DNA of 50,086 nucleotides, filler included, from Jimgerdemannia flammicorona (Eukaryota), in the NCBI GenBank assembly GCA_003990765.1. It is 2 parts of 2 records of this genome, joined end to end, with 100 filler letters (N's around TTAATTAATTAA, not from the genome) between each part and the next. Parts side by side here need not be neighbours in the genome. Positions count along the whole stretch, not along the records: positions 1 to 25,001 come from RBNJ01000894.1; positions 25,102 to 50,086 come from RBNJ01000895.1. One strand, written 5' to 3'. The notes beneath the pieces were generated by a model. That model made no database searches and was not told where the DNA came from. It was given only the letters and a program-made list of their open reading frames with translations. Both the position numbers and the translations under genes were made by a program. Of this stretch, positions 23,844 through 37,300 are shown one piece after another. Every line of letters starts with the position of its first letter. Position 1 is the stretch's first letter.

Positions 23844-25001
23844 TGCTACCTTACTGGTCACAAGGTTTGGTAGGCGACCTTCTGAGTCCCGTTTCCCCTA
23901 TTATTACCCCCTCTATCTCGGGTTGATTTGCTGTGCCTACAGGGGCATGGTGGGAGGAAGGCAATGGTGATGAGTTGCCCCTTTATTGGTGTCGGATCAG
24001 TGCTTTCTCCACTTTTTCGCAGATTCTGGTGCCTTCAGCTATATCTGGGGTGTACTCATTTTGGTGCAGCGCCTTCTTTCTTTTGCCATTACCAACAAGG
24101 AGTTGTCTCGGTGTGTCTCGGGCTATGTAGGGAGTCGGCCGACCTTGGGCATCAAGTGCTTAGTGTAGGTTACCTGCAGGTCCTCGGTGCCTGTAGTGGG
24201 GCCCTCTGGCTTTGGCGAGCTTCCCGGCGAGCATGGTTCTGGCATAGGTGACTGCTTTTTGGGTGTTGTTGGGATGGGAGGGGAGATGGTCATCACAGAT
24301 AGGAGGAAGGGCAATTACGGTGAACCAGTAGGGTGCCAGGCTAGGGGTGGTCATCGGGGCTGGGGCAGGTGCTACTTCAGTGGGGCCTTTTGATTGGTGC
24401 GGCGCAGTTAGGTGATAGGTGTCACTATCGGCTTCTTTTGGCAGTCAGCAGGGTTGGGCCCCAGTCATCAGGGGGGGTCAGGAGGCCTGAGGCTACCCAT
24501 TTCAGGCGTCTTGGCTACACTCAACTGGAACTGGGAGCTGACATGGCAATGTGATTGAGGCCTGCAGACTTGAGTAGTGGGGTATTGGGGGTTTTCTCCC
24601 GCCTCACATGTAAGTCCTTTACTCACCTCGACTGGGAGAACCAGACCCTACCCACCGTGTTGTACTTTGATGAGGGTTTTTCTTTGCCTGTCATTCTCTT
24701 TGGGGTAGCAGGGGCTTTTCTATTTGGCTCGGGTGTGGCCTTGTACATATGTTAGGTTCTCAGGCATGCGCTTTCGGTCATTGGCATATGGTTGGGTTTC
24801 CCCTGGTGGTAGGGAGAGCATGGTACGCAGAATGAGGTATGGACATATCAGCCCTACTGCACCTGGCATAGTTGAGCTGCTGGACAATAGCTAGCCTAGG
24901 TTAATGGGGGGGCAGTGCTTGGTGGGTGGTGGGGGAGGGTTTTGGCCTATATAGTCTAGGTTCCCTTCCAATAAAAATTCGCAGGACATGAGTCTATTAA
25001 A
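23844..25001. other. Unidentified GC-rich, CpG-retaining insertion, truncated by the gap
   Basis: Abrupt composition change against the Copia, begins with TG, no recognisable protein motif. Confidence 0.4.
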
Positions 25002-25101
25002 NNNNNNNNNNNNNNNNNNNNNNNNNNNNNNNNNNNNNNNNNNNNTTAATTAATTAANNNNNNNNNNNNNNNNNNNNNNNNNNNNNNNNNNNNNNNNNNN
25101 N
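25002..25101. other. Artificial assembly gap linker
   Basis: 44 N + TTAATTAATTAA + 44 N = exactly 100 bp. The 12-mer gives stops in all six frames. Confidence 0.97.
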
Positions 25102-25132
25102 AAAAAAATAAAAAAAAAATAAAAAAAAAAAA

Positions 25133-27437
25133 CCACCTCTTTAATATACATATACTATACTAGAAAAATCAAGTAATAATTGATTTAGTAATATAAATAT
25201 ACCAATTATGAGCATTTCTACAGGTGTAACCACAATAGATATAGGTAATACAGTCTTAGTTATAAGTATAAAAATAGCTAAGAGATATATCCTGATCTTT
25301 AATAAAAAAGATTATATCATTTAGATATTTTATATAATGAATCTTCTTAATGAATAGAGTATATAAAGCTGCAAGCACTGAGTGAAGATTATGATACTAT
25401 AAATTATTACTAAGTACTATACAAGATTATATTCATATTGTTGAATTCTCAAATAAAGCTTATAATATATACTATAATGGCTTATAAGATATGAGAGACT
25501 CTATATAATCATCACATATAAGTATCTATATCAAATTGATTCTATCTGAAATCTTAGCTATTTAATATATTAATAAAGCCTAAGAAGAGTATCTATAAAT
25601 ATACTAGTCATATCAAGTGAATTTTCTCAATATATCTACTAATTATATTAGTAATAAAGATAAGGTTATAATACTCACAAGAGAACTTCTGAATATATAT
25701 AATATTATTGTCATAGCTATGTATAAAAGTGATGGATTCATAAACTATACCAATATGATAATAAGTCTCAAAAATGAGAAAATATAATAAGAAAATAGTG
25801 GTGACAATAATAAATCTTCTATGAGTCCTGCAGATATAGTATTAAATGGGATCAAAAGTATAGGCAATAATAAGGCCAATGAATCTAAATCTAAAATTAA
25901 TATAATAGTAGTCAATCAACTAAGTATGATAGCTATTGTAAATTCTGCAGTAAGTATGGATATAGGAAATATCATTGTTATTACTGGAAAAATAACAAGG
26001 AGAGCAGTGAAAATAAATAATAATGTAAAAGCCAGTATTGATAATATGAGAGTAGTAGAAAGAACTATTGAGACAAAGAAAAGTATAGTAATGTAAATAT
26101 TGCTATAACTGATAAAAATAGTAATATATTCTTTATATAAGCAATATATATAGATAATAGTTCTACTGCCAAATCTATCAACTTATTATCTACAAATCTT
26201 GATCAGTAAAATACTTTTTACCTAATGAAAAATAGTAATGACATCAGTACTACTAGTAGTAAAAATACCAATACTGCTAATAATAATAATATTTAACTAA
26301 TAAATTCTAGAGCCATATAATATATGATACTATATAGAGAATAGTTCTTTATATATGAGTCTTTTGAGTACTCTGTATCTATTAAGCTAGGAGATAACAA
26401 TATCATCTAAAGGAAAATATAGAGATACATCTTTATGGCAATATTGTAAAATCTGCTAGTATCTTCTTAACTCCAAAAATTAGTAAAAATCTCTTTTTAA
26501 TAGACAAGATGATATTCTATGACAATAAAGAGATATATATATATTCAAAGAATACAATAGTATGTATATAATTTAGATAATAATAAATTAATGATAGTCT
26601 CAAAATATAACAATCTTTATATGATCAATAGCATACTAAATAGTATAACAGCCTCTGTATATGTGACAATTATACCTAATATATTCAATACATAGTATTA
26701 ACACTTAGGATATATTGGAAAATTAAGCCTCAGAAGAATGATCTGAAGTGACTCAATAAATGGATTACTGATATATATATATTTAGAGGATAGCTTTTAT
26801 AAAGTATGTAGAGAAAACAAAGCTTTCCAGCAATCATTTAAGGAATGATTAAAGTATATATCTGGGATTCTCAACTTTATATATATAAATATATATAGGT
26901 TAATATATATACTATTATACTCTAGAAAGAAATATTTTATCATATTTATTAACAATTATATATATAAAGTATATATATACTTCCTATTAGTAAAGAGTAA
27001 AGTCTTGAACAAATTCAAAGAGTTCAAAGCAATTACTAAGAATGAGACAGAATGTAAAGTGTACACTATATACTCAGATAATAGATATAAATATATCAAT
27101 AATATATTCAAGCAGTTTCTGAGAAAATGTGGTATATATCATTAAATAATAACTCCTTAAATATTTTAGCAGAATGGTATGGTCAAGTGATTCAACTATA
27201 TGGCCATATAAATAGTATATATAATGATCAATACTACAGAATTAAGATATTTATACTGAGCAGAAGTAATTAATACTATAGTATATATATATATATAATT
27301 AGTATATATCTAAAGTACTAAGTAAAGATTCTAGCAATAATAGCATAAGAATAATAATCTTATCCCTGAAGAATTATAGAGCAGAACTAAGTCTGATATA
27401 TCACGTCTATATATATTTAGTTACAAGGTATATATAT
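25133..27437 (+). mobile_element. Highly degenerate Copia (gag, protease, pre-integrase, integrase)
   Basis: Decayed IDSGAT.HM (~26300), WH.RLGH (~26690), YFIIFI, SDN..EY, QNG, AEVINT, K.DISRL.IF motifs. Similar to the reverse complement of 31250-33240. Confidence 0.85.
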
Positions 27438-27569
27438 TGTGACATATGCAATTGACAACGGAGTACCGGTGACTGCTAAGATCAGATGACATAATGGCGT
27501 GACAATCAAATAGACAGCCTGACCCATTAGGTGATCATCCCAAAAGAAGACAAGATGATCTGAGCCAAA

Positions 27570-28631
27570 ATGAAGACCATGTTATTTAAGGAACCATACT
27601 CCACCTCAGGGATCGGCACCAAAGAACCAAGTACCCATCACACAATGCCTCCCATTTGCCGATCCAACCAGACCTCCCGCTGCTCTACCCCTTTGTCTGG
27701 CCCAAAGACCCTGATCTTTGAAGCTATCAAGAAGGCCATTTGGCACCCAGATACTTCCGAACACTTGAACTTCTACACCAAGGACCTTGGACACTTCATC
27801 AACTACCAGTATATAATGACCCAGCAGCTCAAAGACACTACCAAACGAATGACCCTCTGGTATGACTACGAAATCGGACACTGCCTTTGCAATGAGACTC
27901 AAGAAGATGACTGGGAAGGCCTCATTACTGAATTGATAACCACTAGCTGGCTAATCAAGAGAGCCCTCCATGTCCATCTAATCTTCTGCCATATTCCCTA
28001 GGCCATAGCATACTTGCAAGGAGTAACAGCTGGCAGCCTCTCCCACCTTTCAACTGAAGATGCTGACTGGATAGAATCTGAAGTAGCCAACTCTAGTGGC
28101 AGCAACTGCGTCGCCGTAGGAAGCCAACAAACCAAACCCACTCAGCCAGGTTTCCACACTACCCCACTCCGAGACAACCATCAAGGTCACCTAATGAGTC
28201 TTATGGAGATATTTGAAGGTCCACCCATTACCATAGAAGCACCCGTTAGAGCTACCCCAACCACCCACCATCCTGTCAGCCACAATTCAAATCTCATCAT
28301 TTGGGAACTGAATCAAGAAGAAGCCCAAGAAGTCCCTGTCTTTGAAGAGGAAGCCCAAGAACTCCAAGACCCTGCCCCTGAAGAAACCCCCTCTGACACT
28401 GAAACTGACGAGTTTTCAGAAGAAGAAGAGGAGCAACAGAGAGTCTACCAGTCCTCTGTCTGCATTCAAGCTGTTCAAGGGTTGGAGAATGTTGTTGAAG
28501 ATGACTGGCCACTTTTCTACCCCCTCACCTCTTGGCCAGCGCTTCCCCCTTTTGAGGAGAAGTATGATGAAGAAGAAATCTTAACCCAGCAAGATTTGCC
28601 CACTGCGGACGAAGGGTACTATTTCCTCTAG
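27570..28631 (+). pseudogene. LTR(U3)-encoded ORF, 353 codons (or from ATG 27645), N-terminal domain plus acidic tail
   Basis: Track ORFs 27570-28001 and 28014-28631 are the same frame, separated by one TAG (one transition from CAG/TGG). Confidence 0.8.
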
Positions 28632-28670
28632 AAGTACCACCCGTCAGCCATGAGAATTGTGCAGCCTTCA

Positions 28671-28912
28671 TGTCAGCAAGTCAGCAAGTCCGAATCCAGC
28701 ATTGCTACCCAGCACAACCATTTCCAGCATTGCTATCCAGTACTACCGTTTTCAGCGTTTTGTCAGCAAGTCCAAATCCAGCATTGCTATCAAGTACCAC
28801 CATTTTCAGCGTTTTGTCAGCAAGTCCGAATCCAGTGTTGCTACCCTCCACAACCATTTCTGGCAACAATCAGCACTCCTGTCTGCTCATCCGAATCCAG
28901 CATTGCTATCCC
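28671..28912 (+). repeat. Tandem enhancer-like repeats (54-bp period, core GTCAGCAAGTCCGAATCCAGCATTGCTA)
   Basis: Cores at ~28680, 28762, 28816, with partial copies at ~28722 and 28890, between the ORF stop and the TATA box. Confidence 0.85.
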
Positions 28913-29844
28913 CTACAACCCAATCCATAGTAAACAATAGCCTGCACCTTGCATTGTGCAAGCCAATAGCATAGCGAAGTTCGCCACAATGTAGTATACC
29001 TTAGCCTTAGTCGCGCCCCTCCATAGCTAGCAAACTTGTATAAATAACCCATATTCTTAGAGTGAATAAAGCCTCAGTCAGTTTGTGTTTAAAAGTAAAA
29101 AGGATTATAAAGAAACCACTGCCTCCAAGAGACCAGATAAATTCTGAGAACAAGATAACAACCTAGAGCAACAGATCGCTCAGAAGTTTGAGTTAAAGAA
29201 TTTTCTCTTGCCACGGAAAGAAAACGTTACCCGACCGCCACCATTTGAGACCTGAGATCCAGCCAAGGATTTAAGACTATGACCGCCGCGTATTTCAGAC
29301 TGCTATTCAGACCATACATTCGACCACCATTCGAGATTCAAGACCTGGAAACCCAAGGATACCCAGCCAAAGAATACTAGACCACCAAAGACTGACCCAC
29401 TGCCAAAGACTCGAACGACCACCAGGAACTCTTCAAGTTAACAAGTCAAGATGGACGAGTGAGCCATCAACCTCCATTTTTCCAACCTACTGCATCACGA
29501 ACCATTTAAAGTCAAGACTGTCACCGAGTTTGCCGCCAAGTTAATCGCCGCCAGGAAACTTAGCCAGTATAATCACCACCCTTATCCACTAAAAAATTGA
29601 GCCATCGACATCCTGAACCCTCTGACAAACAATCGAAGTCCCGCTATTATCAATTACCGCACGAACCAAATGACCTGTCATGTGACCATCGACCTGCGAA
29701 TGTCACCAATGCCTTCAGTTATACATCGCGCACTTCACCAAGTGGCACATTGAGCCATGCCAGAAGCAACTAGGGATACAAACACGACACCACACTATAT
29801 CTTAAATATCAGAAGATCTGAAGAATAAGTAGATATAGTCTAAG

Positions 29845-30116
29845 TAGTACTTTCAAATAAATCAAATTAATTTGAATCAAATTTAAATTAAATTGAGAGT
29901 CTAATTTAAATACTATTTTTCAAAATATAATAACTTAATAAAAATATGTCCAAATTTAACAAGCTAAAGATCATTAAATTTGAACATATTTTCATCAAGT
30001 TATTATATTTTAAAAAATAGAGTTTGAATCAAATCTCAAATCAAATTGGATCTTTAATTCAATTTAAATTGAATTAAATTAGACCTTTGATTTGATTTAA
30101 TTTATTAGAAGCACTA
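29845..30116. mobile_element. Short, AT-decayed hAT-type MITE
   Basis: TAGTACTT...AAGCACTA termini, perfect 8-bp TSD AGTCTAAG, internal palindrome. Confidence 0.9.
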
Positions 30117-30216
30117 AGTCTAAGGATTTTTCAATATCAGATAAGAAACTATCTAGAGTAATTATAATAAAAAGAATAATAAGAAAGACCTCTTAGTTAA
30201 AACTCTACAAAGACTT

Positions 30217-33200
30217 TATAATAAAAGAAAGATAGTTTATTGAAGTTACATAGATTATATGTTTTATATATTACTAATAAATAATGTGAATCTGATGAAA
30301 TAGTATAATTACATATTAATATATTAAGTTACCATCTCAACACTGTCACTCAATGAGATATATAACTTAAAAAGATAGTAAAAAAATACAAACTAGAGTA
30401 AAATCCTATATCAAAGGAATTTTTATAGGTTGAAAAGTATTCCAAAATATATCTGAAATATTCACAAAATCTACTTATAGATAAGAGATGTAGTAAGAAT
30501 ACAAAATATAGATATGAATAATATAAATATAGTAAGAGAGATTTTTTAAAACCTGAAAAGTATCTTATAATTAATCACTAAACTGATATATTACTTATAA
30601 GATCTATTTCTTTAATATATAGCTTAAACTTTGACTTTGAAAGGACTTTCATAAGTGAATTAGCAATCATATACTCTATAAAGATATATTTCAAATATAT
30701 AGTACTATTTTTAATATATTTCTATACAAAATAATATTATATATCAATATATTTTATTCTACTATAATATACTGAGTTCTTGGTAAGTACAATTATAGAC
30801 TAGTTATTCTGGTATAGCATAGTACTCTGTTTTTGAGCAAATTTAAGTTCTTTTAATAGTTTGTAAATCTATATGATTTCTTTTATTACTATTGACAACA
30901 CCTAATACTCTGCCTATATTGATGATATTGCCATAGATGATTGCTTGTATGTTTGCTATGAGATGACTTTTTCATTATTTTTACTAATATGAAAGAGATA
31001 TTTAGTTATAGATTAGTAGTTATTGAGATCACCTACCTAATCTATATTATATATATCAGATAGTCAAATAGTATTATTGTTATTATTATTATTATTACTC
31101 CTGCTTAATCTACTAAGAGTAAGTATATATTACATCATATTCTTAAAATACTTGAAAATTCTTTTAATAGTAATATATATTGTTATAGCAAGAGGAATAT
31201 TATATTATCTTATTTATAGTATATAATATATTGGGCCTTATTCCTAGTATGTATATATATACCTTATATTATAATTATCAATAAATATAATGAAATACTT
31301 CTTTCCAGAGTATGATAGCATATACATCAGCCTACAAATATCTATATATATAAGATCAAGGATTTCAGATATAAACTTTAACTGTTTCTTGAATAGTTAC
31401 TAAGAAGCTTTATTTTTCATATATATCTTATAAAAGTCATCTTCCAAGTATATATGTGATGGTAGTCTATTCACTAAGCCACTTTGGATCATCCTTCTAA
31501 GGCTAGATTTGCCAATATATTCTAAGTATTGATATGTACTAAGTATTAGATGCATCAGCTATAATTGTTATATATTCAGAGACTTTTATACTATTTAACA
31601 TCTTATTAATTATATAAAGATTATTATATTTTGAAGCTATTATTATCTTATTATCATATAAATTATATACAGTTATACTGTTTATATATATATATATTTC
31701 TTTATTACTATAGAATATTATTTTTTCTATCAAAAAGAGAATTTTTCCAATTTCTGGAATATATAGTATATCTAGAAAGGTGCTGGTAGATTCTGTGATA
31801 TTACCATAGAGATACATATATCTCTATAATTTCCTTTTCTTAACTGTAGATAATATTGTTATCTCTTAATTTGACAGATATAGAGTATTTAAAAGACTTA
31901 TATATAGAGAACCATTCTCTATATAGTATCATATATTGTATAGTTCCAAAATCTATTAATCAGATATTATTATCATTAGTTATATTAGCATTTACTACTG
32001 ATATCATTGCTACTTTTCATCAAGTAAAAAGTGTTTTGCTGGCCAGAATTTGTAAATAATGAGGTAGTGGATTTGGTAGTAGAACTGCTTATATATATAT
32101 ATCTCATACTAATAGATCTAGTGGTAGAAATATGGTCATCTATATATATTACTTATATAAAAAATATACTACTTTCATTAGTTTTAGTAATATTGGTATT
32201 ATTATATTTCTCTTTATTATGATAACTCTTTCTACTGTCTCTATATTATCAATACTAGCTTCTATACTTATTTTTACCACTTTTTTTATTATTTTTCCAG
32301 TATAACAGTTATACTTCTTATTTCTATACTTGTTACAATATTCATAATAATCATTATACTTAGTTGATTAGTTGGACTAGTTGTTATTATATTGTTGAGC
32401 TTAGATTTGAGTTTATTGACCTTTTTGTTATCCATACTTTTGATCTCATTTAGTATCACATTATTTAATTTATAGAATATATTTTTATCATTATCAGTAA
32501 TATTGTTTTCTTAGTACATTTCCTTATTTATGAGACTCATAATAATATAGATATAATCAGCAAGCTTACTACTTTTCTACATAGCTATTACTATGATATG
32601 ATAGGCTTCAGGAAGATTTCTTATATGTAAGAGCTAAGACCTTATCTTCATTATTTATATACTATATTAACATACTTAGAGAATTGACCTGATTTACCAA
32701 ATTATTAATATAACTGGTATATTTATGAATAGTCTCCTTTGGCTTTATTTATAGATTGAATAATTGAGATTTTAAGTAAAATCAATTTGATATAGATATT
32801 TATATATGATAATTATATAGAGTCTTCTATATCTTATAAGTAGTTACTATATATATTATAAGCTTTATTTAAAAGTTAGATAATATAAATATAATCTCAT
32901 ATAATGCTCAATAGTTATTTGTATTATTATAATCTTGAATTAGTACTTATGACTTTATATATACTACCAAGCCATATTCATTAAGAAGATTTATTATATA
33001 GAATACTCAGATTATATAATCTTTTTTATCAAAAATTAAGATAGATCTCTTAACTATATTTATACTTATAACTAGAACTATAGTTTATATATCTATTGCA
33101 GTTATTATTGTAGTTATACATATCTATAGTAATGCTCATGATTGGTATATCTATTTCTATACTTACATTGTTAGGCTATTTATCAGATATTTCTAGTATA

Positions 33201-33389
33201 GTATATTTTAAAGAGATGTATTTATTGCTATTATTGCTTAGTACTAACAGAGCTTATAACCTTTATAGTAAAAGAGAGATAGTTTATTAAAGTTATATTA
33301 GTTGCATATTTCATACATTACTAATAAATGATATAAATCTGATTAAATAGTATAATTACATATTGATATATCAAGTTACCATCTCAATA
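30217..33389 (-). mobile_element. Two-LTR Copia, internally deleted (gag, PR, partial IN, RT C-terminus, RNase H)
   Basis: 126-bp LTRs at 30217-30342 and 33264-33389, 5-bp TSD GACTT, PBS-like GGTTATAAGC at ~33251-33261. LIDFGTIQYM protease and RNase H remnants (AEY, KYIDI). Confidence 0.9.
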
Positions 33390-34327
33390 GACTTCTTCAA
33401 GAATGTGGAAAATCAGAAGAAGAGAAGCCAGCCAAGAAGTAGAAGAAAGAGAGAAATGAAATCTAAGACTTCAACTTTAAGTTGAAAAACTTACTATATG
33501 TAAAAATTAGAGCTATATATAGGACAACTGAAGGTATATACTATGAAAGAACCAAGACTACTCACCCAGAGATAACCAGAGCTACCAGCTATAAGAAGAA
33601 AGAAGGTACTTAGTCTGAGATAGAGCCTAAGTCTAATACTTCTACTATAGATAGTTTGGACACTATACTATAAAATATAATGACAGAAGAAGTGACTAAA
33701 GAAACTCAGAACTATTAAATTGAAAGAATGCAACTCAGTATAAGAAGACTGAAGCTTACTCTATTGAAGACTTTGAAGAAAGAAGTAATAGTGAAGACTA
33801 CAGTAATCTATATATATATATCCTCAACCAAGATTATTACTAGAAAAACAGTCTACTTAGTTAAGAAAATGAAGAGACTAGTAAAAAGACCATCTAGAAA
33901 TACTAGCAGAAGAATTATCTAAGAAAAAGATAAAGAAGATAAAGAGAAGCAGGTTGAGATATCTTCTAGATTCCTCTCATATTTGTCTCTAAAATAAATA
34001 AACTATAACCAGAGAATGAAAAATAAAGAAAGAAGAATAAGAGCCTATTGTTCTAAAGCCTAAGAAGAAGTATACTCTAAAGACTATATCCAGAGATATC
34101 TATAATGAAGTCTGGTAAAATATTTAAGAAGCCAAGATAGAAGTCTCTCTTTTGTAGTTCCTATTATTGGGGTTCAAAATAAACTATTGATAACCACCAG
34201 ATTCAGTACTGGTCAAGTACTAATTCTATAATAAGAACCAGTATCAACTACTACTCAGGCTGCAGAAGATATGTTAGCATATATTTATATAGAGATATTA
34301 GAGAACAAAAGATAAAAATCCTCATTT

Positions 34328-37300
34328 TTACTTAGACTTTGCCATTTATTACCAATCTATCACATAGAATTACATTATTCTCTCCTACTATCCAATACTC
34401 CTAGAGAGCCCCCCCTCTACATCCTTATGCTTGAAAACTACCTTACCACCCACCACTCTAACTTTTCCCTTACTCTGTCCACAAATTTTCTCTACCAAAC
34501 AGTGCCACTAATCTTTCTGTAGATCTCATCCCAGCCACCAGTCTGTCAAAATGTCCTCTATCAACCCTTTCTATCTCACCAACTACTCTTCCAAACTCAA
34601 ATACTTTCCTTCCTCAAAAATAAACAGCTAGTGACCTGTCAGGCCCACCCATACTACTAATACTCAACCCACTTCTTCTCCACACCCCCCCCCCACCAAT
34701 CTATCCTACAGATCTTTCTATCAGCCCTGCTTACTATCCTCTCTATGCACAGTATCCAATTTATTCCCAACTACTAACCAGAATTTACCAAGTACCTCAC
34801 ACTCCTCAGCCAATATTCTGGTGTCTATACAAACTCCCCTTCCTGTCTCACATTATAATACTCCTCATATTCAAAGTTCTCTCTCTCCACAAGATGGCCT
34901 GAGCAAAAGTTGAGCATAATATTTCTCTGTAATATATATGTACTACTAAACCACTCAGTACTTAAGTGGCAATTATTATCTTATGTATCTCTACACTCTA
35001 GGCCCATACTCTATTCCAGTCCCACTTCTCTCTAATTCTCACTATCTACCAGCCACTAGATCATACATTCTGTCTCATCTCCCTCTGGTACTCTACTCTA
35101 TCACCAATATCAAAGTCCATAAGAGGGATACCCCCCAGCAATACTCAATCTCATCTCTATATTATAGGGCCCTAAGGTACCTCTCCTTTATCTCCCTGCC
35201 AGCAAATTCCAATATGGTGAGCCCCATCTACTATTCCTTATCAAAAGCCCTTAAATCTCATATACCTACTATTTGGAAGCCCAACCAAGGACAGTAAATC
35301 CCCAGTAGTTCTTCTTGGTAAGCACCTTATCTTCTAGACCTTCTTCATTAAAGGAATCCAGCTACTGATTCTCAGTTTCACTACTCTCTTCAACCTATAC
35401 TCTCAGACAATGCAACCTCTTCAGGAAATCAACCAGTCCAAGGCCTCCCCTAGTCACTAGTAATGATAATATTTCCCAGCTAATCTGACTCCTCTACCCA
35501 GCTTTGGTCAGCTTCAATAGCCTCTTCACTACTCAGACCAGAAAGTCCAAATAGTATACCAAATACCACATCTTCAGTAGCCAGTAGATATTCAGAATTG
35601 TGATACACTCTGCTAAAGAAAGGTGGCAGCCTCTCCAATCTTGCAGAACCTCTCTCCAGATAGTTACTCATGACTGATCCATATATAGAGAGATAGATGT
35701 CTAAGTATCTCACAGTCTCTCTAGTAGGAACAATTGTTCTAATAATATCTCCTCCCACCAGACCATTACCTAATACCATCATTTCATACTTATGTCAGTT
35801 AAGTTTAGTCCCAGAGTGTACCTCATACCACTCTACTGTTTTCTGGAGTTCCTTAATATTAGCAATTGACCCCAGACCAATCACTATATCATCTGCAAAG
35901 GCCCCAACCTTCTACACAATACCAAATATAGAGAGCCCCACAATCTTCCACCTAATCCTATCTATCAATAGCTTTAAGGGCAGAGAATACAAGATAGGAG
36001 ACAGTGGGTCTCTCTAGAGAATATTCCTCTCCAGAGAGAACACTACCTCTCTATGCCCATTGCATATGAGCACTGCTCTACTCTCTTCCAGTAGACTGAG
36101 AATTGCCACTCAGAACTACTGAGGGATACCAATCCTGTTCAGAACCTTTGCCAGTCAGACTTATTATACATGATCATAAACTTTCTCTTAATCCAAGAAG
36201 ACCAATCTCCCATCCAGTCCACAGGCTCAAGCCCCTTCAATAATACTATATACTCAGGCCATACCATCCCTAATGAGCTGACTCCCTACAAAATCTTACT
36301 ACTCCTCACCCAAGACTTGCTGGTCCACCTTCTGCAGCTATACTACTACCACCTTAGTGACCAACTCTCTGTCTATATCCAGTAGTATGATGGGCTACCA
36401 ATTTCTCCAGTCCTCTCTCCTCTCCTTGTTCTTAAAGAGCAGAGCCACTAGCTCCAGATTCTGCTCACCTATCTATCTCCCAGACTATAATACTAAGTCA
36501 CAGAGTACCATCAACTCCTCCATCACTTCAGAGATATCTACCATCTTCTTCCAAAAGTCCTAGAACAGACCATCCTCTCCTGGTACTGTGCTCAGTATAG
36601 TTATAGCAAGAACCTGGCAAATTTTCTCCTCCTGAACTAGCACTACCAAGCCATCAAGCCTATCAATCTGTAGTGGATACCATTTCTCCAAAATGTATTC
36701 TATGATAGTAGCATTAGTCCCACCCTTCTCCTCACTCTATAAATCACTCTACCTTTTCTTCAATAAGTTCAGAATGTCTTGTAAACTATGTACCAGCAGA
36801 CCACTTGAATCAAGAACCCCTTTCCATCACTACTTTACTTTCCTTACTTGAAGAGTCCTTGAAAGATACCTAGAGGGCCTCTCTCTCTCCTCTAACCCCT
36901 GCTAGCATAGTCATGTAGCCAAACCCCATACTCTCATCTTCTCCTCCTTTCTCAATATCTGTTATAATTCTGCAACTTCTAGCCTTGCCTATATTACACT
37001 CTAGTTCTCCACCCTCTCTAGGGCCAAGAGTCTAGCCCAGTCTTCCAAAAGCCCAGCCAATCTATCAGAAGCCCAGATTACCCTCCTTCTCCTCTGCCTT
37101 CCTATTATCTTGCTAGTTTTACTTCAGTAAACTCTAGCAGCCTCCTTCAACCTCATCTACTGGACACTAATCATGGCCCCCTCCTGCACCCAACTCTCCA
37201 TTCTCTACTAAATATCCTCCACCCACTTGTCCCACAAACCCTTCTCAGCTAACAAAGAGAAATTGAGGTACTAATATCTAGGCCCATCCTCACTCCCCCC

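Larger units (their letters stand above)
27438..29794 (+). mobile_element. Solo-LTR-like element (2357 bp), second LTR family
   Basis: TGTG...CACA termini and sharp composition boundaries. Order is ORF, tandem repeats, TATAAATA (~29039), AATAAA (~29065). No matching TSD. Confidence 0.7.

Noticed and set aside
25046..25057. Palindromic TTAATTAATTAA island inside the N run
   Set aside because: Symmetric 44N-12-44N layout totalling 100 bp: an assembly linker. Adjacency across it is also unproven.
25102..25132. Poly-A tract after the gap as a LINE tail
   Set aside because: Plausible, but the upstream sequence is missing, so it cannot be supported.
28671..28912. Repeat-spacer-like pattern, and ORFs 28650-28974 in three frames
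   Set aside because: The intervening segments are themselves repeated, and the ORFs are by-products of a stop-poor tandem repeat.
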